This document shows, in pieces, positions 59,130 to 64,000 of a stretch of DNA of 64,000 nucleotides. Origin of the DNA: Barthelona sp. PCE (taxonomy: Eukaryota); contig JAUFOR010000005.1 of the NCBI GenBank assembly GCA_040285745.1, positions 248,001 through 312,000 on the forward strand, given 5' to 3'. Every line of letters starts with the position of its first letter. Positions within the stretch are counted from its first letter, which is position 1. Both the position numbers and the translations under genes were made by a program. The notes beneath the pieces were generated by a model. It saw only the letters and a program-made list of their open reading frames with translations. It had not been told where the DNA came from and made no database searches.

Positions 59130-59994
59130 GGAAAAGTTGAAAAGGGTTGAATATGCGGAAACTCTTTATTTTTTAATTATTAAGGTGGAAAGGCGTTACA
59201 TTATGCACAAACAGATGGATTAAGGTATTAAGATTAAGAAAGCGCAAAAAGCGCAGGATAAGGTTCTATTAGAACCTTAGCCAAAGCCCCCAAGATACCC
59301 CCGTGCCCAAATAGCCCCCAAAAAACTTCATTCAACAAATTATTAGCCCCTATAGACAAAAAAAAAAGCTAAACAGATCCCCGGCAAAAGTAAAATATAA
59401 TTGTAAACTAGTTTTGAATCTTTAAAAGGTTAAGAATAAGTTAACACTAATAAAAAAGCCCCAAAAAAAGGTTTAATATGCTGTTTTAGAAGAAGATTTG
59501 CCACAACAATCTTTTTAAAGAGTTCAGTCTGCCCAAATAGAATTAAAATGCTAAAGAATTGCCCCAAAATAAAATAATTTTGCCCTTGTCTTACACTTTT
59601 ATGTGTCATAATAAAGAATGATGAGAGAGGGATTATTTTCAATAGATGATCCAAAATTGCAGTGTATTGTCAGGTGGTTAGGATTAACAGTAAAGTGACA
59701 GGTATAGACGGTCACTTTAGTGCAAAAAAGGGTGAAAAAAAGAAAGTAAGAAAAGTTATTTCTATCTGAATTCAAGATGAAATGGTGCACATTATCCGGT
59801 GCATAACTCGCCATTGCACACATAATCGATGCATAGTTGTTGCTAATGTAGTTGGCCTTTTTTTACAAATTATCAGGCACTTCACGTTTTGTAAGTTCCC
59901 GAGTTTCAACTCTATGTGTACCCTTTATTTTCAACAATCAAGCAACCACGCATCTGTTTTTGACCAGTAACAAATCGTAACGAAAAACACCAAT

Positions 59995-61800
59995 TTACAG
60001 TAGTGTAAAGTTATCAAACATATCTAGTAAACTGAAATTCTTCTCTTCGAGGGTATAACCATTGGATTCATCGTTATAGCGTGCAATTTCCGCCTTCAAA
60101 CACATATCACTATCTAAAATCAAATTTAACTTCACCAAAACACCACTAAAAGGAGTCACAATGATGTTTGTTCTCGTGTTATAAAGATTGAACGGTACCA
60201 CACAGTCCCATTCAGATATGTTTCCATTATTAATACAATATACTGAACAGTTATCAATACAAAAAAAATTTGACCCCAAGAAAACTGGATTACTAAACAT
60301 TTGAGAATGTTCAGAATCTGGGATATCCAACGATTGTACACCGTCTTCACTCACAATAATAACATAACGTTTGCCATAGTACGTAAGAACAGCAGTGCTT
60401 CCGTTCATCGGATTCACTGTAACCCTGGCCCCCGCACCCGGTTGCAAGCGGTGTACGTGTGATTTTTCAACTGCCCTGGTTATTGGATTCAATATAAATA
60501 CATAAATAGCACAACTGAACACAACCCATATGATATCCCCCACCCAATATGATGTACGACTGCTGCTATCCTCAACCAGTACAATGGCATCACTCATTGT
60601 ATTCGATTTAAACAAAATATTATGCTTAGTTTGTACTAATAAAGCGTTACCATCACAATACCAAAATGTCTCCAGCTCATCTTCAAAAACATTTTTAATA
60701 ACATGTTCACTTGAACCACTGACAGTAAAGCTATTGTTTTCATCATTTAAACTGTGTACTAACAATCTTCCATTGATATAATTGGTGTGAGTCTTTCCAC
60801 CTACTTTGCAATAAATAATACCTGGATTTTCACTCCAAAGGTCCAAAAACAATGTATATTTCTCGTCTATTGTGACATAAGGCGTGTAACAATGATCACA
60901 ATCGAAAATGGTTGAAGTACATATAGAAACCTCAATTCCTTTTAAACGACTTATCCTAAACGGTACCAGGCTGTCTCTCATGATTCTGAGAAGCTTCCCG
61001 TCCACAGACAGCACATTTCCTATGCTTGAGATAGAAGATGACTGAAGGACTGTGTTTGTCGTCGGTTCTATTCCATACACCTTAAAATTACTTGTGAAGT
61101 ACAGCCATTCGTCGCCTGTTGTGAACGCGCATGTCAGTCTTCTTATTAGACGTGGATCAAGCGCAATATTGATTGTTCTGTACATCATCTCATTATTGCT
61201 AAAAAAATCCATCAATATCAGTCTTTCTGGAAATACACAAAGGTTGCCTACAGCGCACCCCTGTAATCTGACAACTTTAATAAGGCCTTCAAAGTTCATA
61301 TTGCATGGAATTAATCTAATACCTGCAGTGTTATCTATAGCTAGATATTCTTGTGTTTCGTTATCTTGGCACAGTGGCAGCACCCCCTTTGAATTTAGCA
61401 TTGTTGCTTGTATTGTTGTCTCCAACTCTCCGTCTGTATTGATAACTTCGATATGGTTTTTACGACTAAACAACCGTTGTGTTGAGCTAATGCTTTTTAT
61501 ACGATTCAAAGGACCCTTTCCAAGAAGCTTAAATTGTCCCAGATCATTAACAACAATATTTGAGTCATGAGAAAGCAATTCGTAGAAATGTTGAATTGAG
61601 GGTGAACATCGTTTTGATAATAGGGTTCCACAGCAGCATGCTAACATGTCTGCTCCTTCAAACATGATGATGTGATCCAAATCCTCAACAATAAACTTGT
61701 ATGTTTCATTTTCATTATTAATAAGGACCAAACTGTTGCCCAATCGCATAATAGTCATTGAAGGGTGGACCCTCTTCACATTTGCTGAAACTCTTGGCAT
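59995..61800 (-). CDS. Hypothetical beta-rich protein of about 600 aa (possible distant paralog of 28312-30384)
   Basis: ATG 61800 (MPRVSAN) avoids overlap with PCYT2; long intact ORF. Confidence 0.75.
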   Translation of the reverse strand: MPRVSANVKRVHPSMTIMRLGNSLVLINNENETYKFIVEDLDHIIMFEGADMLACCCGTLLSKRCSPSIQHFYELLSHDSNIVVNDLGQFKLLGKGPLNRIKSISSTQRLFSRKNHIEVINTDGELETTIQATMLNSKGVLPLCQDNETQEYLAIDNTAGIRLIPCNMNFEGLIKVVRLQGCAVGNLCVFPERLILMDFFSNNEMMYRTINIALDPRLIRRLTCAFTTGDEWLYFTSNFKVYGIEPTTNTVLQSSSISSIGNVLSVDGKLLRIMRDSLVPFRISRLKGIEVSICTSTIFDCDHCYTPYVTIDEKYTLFLDLWSENPGIIYCKVGGKTHTNYINGRLLVHSLNDENNSFTVSGSSEHVIKNVFEDELETFWYCDGNALLVQTKHNILFKSNTMSDAIVLVEDSSSRTSYWVGDIIWVVFSCAIYVFILNPITRAVEKSHVHRLQPGAGARVTVNPMNGSTAVLTYYGKRYVIIVSEDGVQSLDIPDSEHSQMFSNPVFLGSNFFCIDNCSVYCINNGNISEWDCVVPFNLYNTRTNIIVTPFSGVLVKLNLILDSDMCLKAEIARYNDESNGYTLEEKNFSLLDMFDNFTLL

Positions 61801-61885
61801 ACAACTCAATGTATGAGAAAAGGTTGTGTTTTTTGTTTGCAAATTCAAGTAATGTATTTTTCGCAAAACGAGATATAAGTGCGAT

Positions 61886-62875
61886 TTACTCATCCAACTG
61901 AATGTTTTGGAAAGCTTCTGCTTCCCTGCTAAATTTCTTTGCGTTTCTGGCAATGTAGACTTCTTTGTTATTCCTAATTCTATCGCAAATATGTGATACT
62001 GTGCAGTTTTTGAATGTGCTGTCAGCTTCAAAAGTGGGTAAATCATTGTAAGCCTGGTTCATCATACCTTCCTCAAACTCTTCAAACAACAATCCTGTGA
62101 TGTTGTACAAATTTTTGAACTGCTCATTAAGAGAATATGTGGTGCCCATAATGATGTTATCAAGCCACTTAATTGACAGTAGATTGAGACATCTTTCAAG
62201 CATAGTGCAAAATGGAGGTCTTCCATGCACGCTTTCGAATTCTTCATCAGAAATTAGAGATACAACGACATATGTGCCATGCTTGGCGGCCTCTTCAATA
62301 AGACTAACACCTCCGGGAGTCAAAAATTCGAATGAACCATGCACGACAATAACAGAATCTTCATTGGTTGCTTCACGACATGCATTACCACTTAGAGAAG
62401 CAAAACGAGCAGAGAATGCAGTAAATCCGACACCAGAGCTCCAGAAAGAAGCCGAATCATCCATGTTAAGGATTCTTGATAGAAGGTTACTTGTCGATAT
62501 CCCATTCGTTCTTGGGAAAGTACGGAACCGACCAGCTCTCTTTGCAATACTGTAGCAATCAGTCCCGTCATCGGCAGCGAGGACAAGATCGTCTCCATGA
62601 GCAGCAAAAGCACAGTTGTGCTGGTCAAGAATATTAAGGGACAGATTCCAGGGTGCTCCGGGTACAACTTCGTCTACGTGGCGCGTGGAGCTGAAAATAT
62701 ATGCTCTTTCATCCAGAGTCATGACAGTAGGACCCTTCTTGCGCAAGATAGTAGCATCATCATGGATACCTACATACAGCTTGTTATTAGGGTCAAGCTG
62801 CTTGGCTTTGTAGCAACTAAGGAAGTGCCCGTAGTGGGGACAGTCAAAACAACCATCTAAGTATGTACCGTTCAT
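61886..62875 (-). CDS. PCYT2: Ethanolamine-phosphate cytidylyltransferase (tandem CT domains)
   Basis: DGCFDCPHYGH, KGPTVMTLDER, HGDD, RTNGISTSNL; second domain HGSFEFLTPGG (HxGH lost) and ERCLNLLSIKWLD. Confidence 0.92.
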   Translation of the reverse strand: MNGTYLDGCFDCPHYGHFLSCYKAKQLDPNNKLYVGIHDDATILRKKGPTVMTLDERAYIFSSTRHVDEVVPGAPWNLSLNILDQHNCAFAAHGDDLVLAADDGTDCYSIAKRAGRFRTFPRTNGISTSNLLSRILNMDDSASFWSSGVGFTAFSARFASLSGNACREATNEDSVIVVHGSFEFLTPGGVSLIEEAAKHGTYVVVSLISDEEFESVHGRPPFCTMLERCLNLLSIKWLDNIIMGTTYSLNEQFKNLYNITGLLFEEFEEGMMNQAYNDLPTFEADSTFKNCTVSHICDRIRNNKEVYIARNAKKFSREAEAFQNIQLDE

Positions 62876-63439
62876 TTAGAAAAGGAAATGATAGTAAATG
62901 CGGATCCTCATTCTTTCACAGGAGTATGTATGCTCAAATATGAATAAACGACTGGTTCAAATGCTTTTAGTAACGAGTTCAGAGGACACGTATGCATAAT
63001 GAAAATGTAATTGCTATTTTAATCAGTTGTTTGTTTTCTTGAGGATATACCAGCTTTTGCACACTTGATGTTTCGTTTAATGTGCGGCAAACTACATTAT
63101 GCGAGTGTTAGAATTAGTAACCATTATCGTGTATTTTGTTCAGTTTTTGAAACTAATATTGTTTTCAATGGATTTATATCAGTGAAAAAAAAGATGTTAG
63201 AGGAGTATATATCCACATTTGTGGAAAGTAGAGTTTTTCCAATTTTTTTTTTGCTTATAGTGATGTTGAGGTACTTTCAGACACGTAAAATACTTAGTTT
63301 TCAGGATGGCCAATTGGTGGGAACATTACATAGAATGAGCACTTTGAAGGATCAATGACAAACTACTTTTTCACTTCTTTCACTGTGACATTTCATTTTC
63401 CTTCTTTAAAACCCACACACATTCTTTTTATTCATCCAG

Positions 63440-63982
63440 ATGAACGCTCCCTCGTATAAAACAGCAGTGGTTTTAATTCCAGACCAAATTGCTCAAAATC
63501 GGATTAATGAGATCCGTGCCGTACATGACTCATCCAAGATTAATAGATGGATGCCTCATGTCACTTTGGCTTATCCTTTCAGATCTGAAGAACAGTTTGA
63601 CGATGATTTATATCAGAAACTTCAAACCATTGCCGATTCTGTGGATGCTTTTACATGTAACCACGGTGAAATCGGGTCATTCAGACGTGCAGGAATTGTG
63701 TATTCCAACCCTTCTAATAGGGGACCTATTAAGGCTATCATGAAGGCTATTGTTCGTACTTTCCCTCGATACAACAACCAGAAGCGTGGTGGACGCTTCA
63801 CCCCTCACATGACAATCGGTTCTAAGGTGGATGATGTTGATATGGTAATTGCTGAGGTTCAGGGTCAGCTTGATGAAGTTAACAACCATTACACAGGATT
63901 TCATTTAATCGCCCGTGGCGATGATACACCTTTCCGTATCGTAAGGACTTTCTATTTCGGTGGAAACGTTCCTCAAGAATAA
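63440..63982 (+). CDS. 2H phosphoesterase (2'-5' RNA ligase family, LENG9-like)
   Basis: Two HxT motifs: RWMPHVTLAYPF and FTPHMTIG. Confidence 0.88.
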   Translation: MNAPSYKTAVVLIPDQIAQNRINEIRAVHDSSKINRWMPHVTLAYPFRSEEQFDDDLYQKLQTIADSVDAFTCNHGEIGSFRRAGIVYSNPSNRGPIKAIMKAIVRTFPRYNNQKRGGRFTPHMTIGSKVDDVDMVIAEVQGQLDEVNNHYTGFHLIARGDDTPFRIVRTFYFGGNVPQE

Positions 63983-64000
63983 TATGTTGAGTTATGCTCG

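Noticed and set aside
59618-59769. ATGATGA...CTGA as a second C/D snoRNA
   Set aside because: The span is about 150 nt with no clear D'/C' boxes or terminal stem.
61801-62046. Apparent same-strand overlap of ORF 59995-62046 with PCYT2, and similar 5' extensions (3262, 8183, 16056, 40622, 50277)
   Set aside because: These arise from upstream or non-ATG starts in the ORF track; downstream ATGs fit motifs, signal peptides and spacing better.
63065-63358. 97-aa ORF between PCYT2 and the 2H gene
   Set aside because: AT-rich with homopolymer runs and no motif; it lies in a divergent promoter spacer.
1-64000. tRNA, rRNA, transposase, integrase or viral genes
   Set aside because: None recognised by eye; a covariance-model and HMM scan is needed to exclude divergent ones.

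Overview
Gene-dense, intron-poor nuclear DNA from a flagellated microbial eukaryote using the standard code (TAA, TAG and TGA all end genes). About 36 genes are packed with spacers of mostly 15-300 nt and two convergent stop overlaps. Recognisable genes: a homeodomain factor, GH15 glycosidase, CCZ1, DUF1963/YwqG, Pol5/MYBBP1A, Sec16, PIG-B, a DYRK-like kinase with a WW insert, a PB1-like/FIST/class III cyclase fusion, RPS23, ZFAND1-like, POC1-like, NICN1, CCDC42/CFAP73-like, two tandem CCX/NCLX exchangers, a C2 plus CEP76/CC2D2A-type protein, POT1-like, SLC12, ER DnaJ, PCYT2 and a 2H phosphoesterase. Signals read from the DNA resemble metamonads (inference, not identification): the branch point sits at a fixed distance from the 3' AG, longer introns fold into hairpins, and a WGTAAAY motif overlaps or follows stop codons. 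Best novelty candidates: (1) a FIST (NosP-type) sensor fused to a half-site adenylyl cyclase, analogous to the sGC beta subunit; (2) an unannotated intron-hosted box C/D RNA with a C(UUCG)G hairpin; (3) hairpin-compacted introns; (4) a WW domain inside a kinase CMGC insert. All family calls are by-eye motif recognition; no searches were run.
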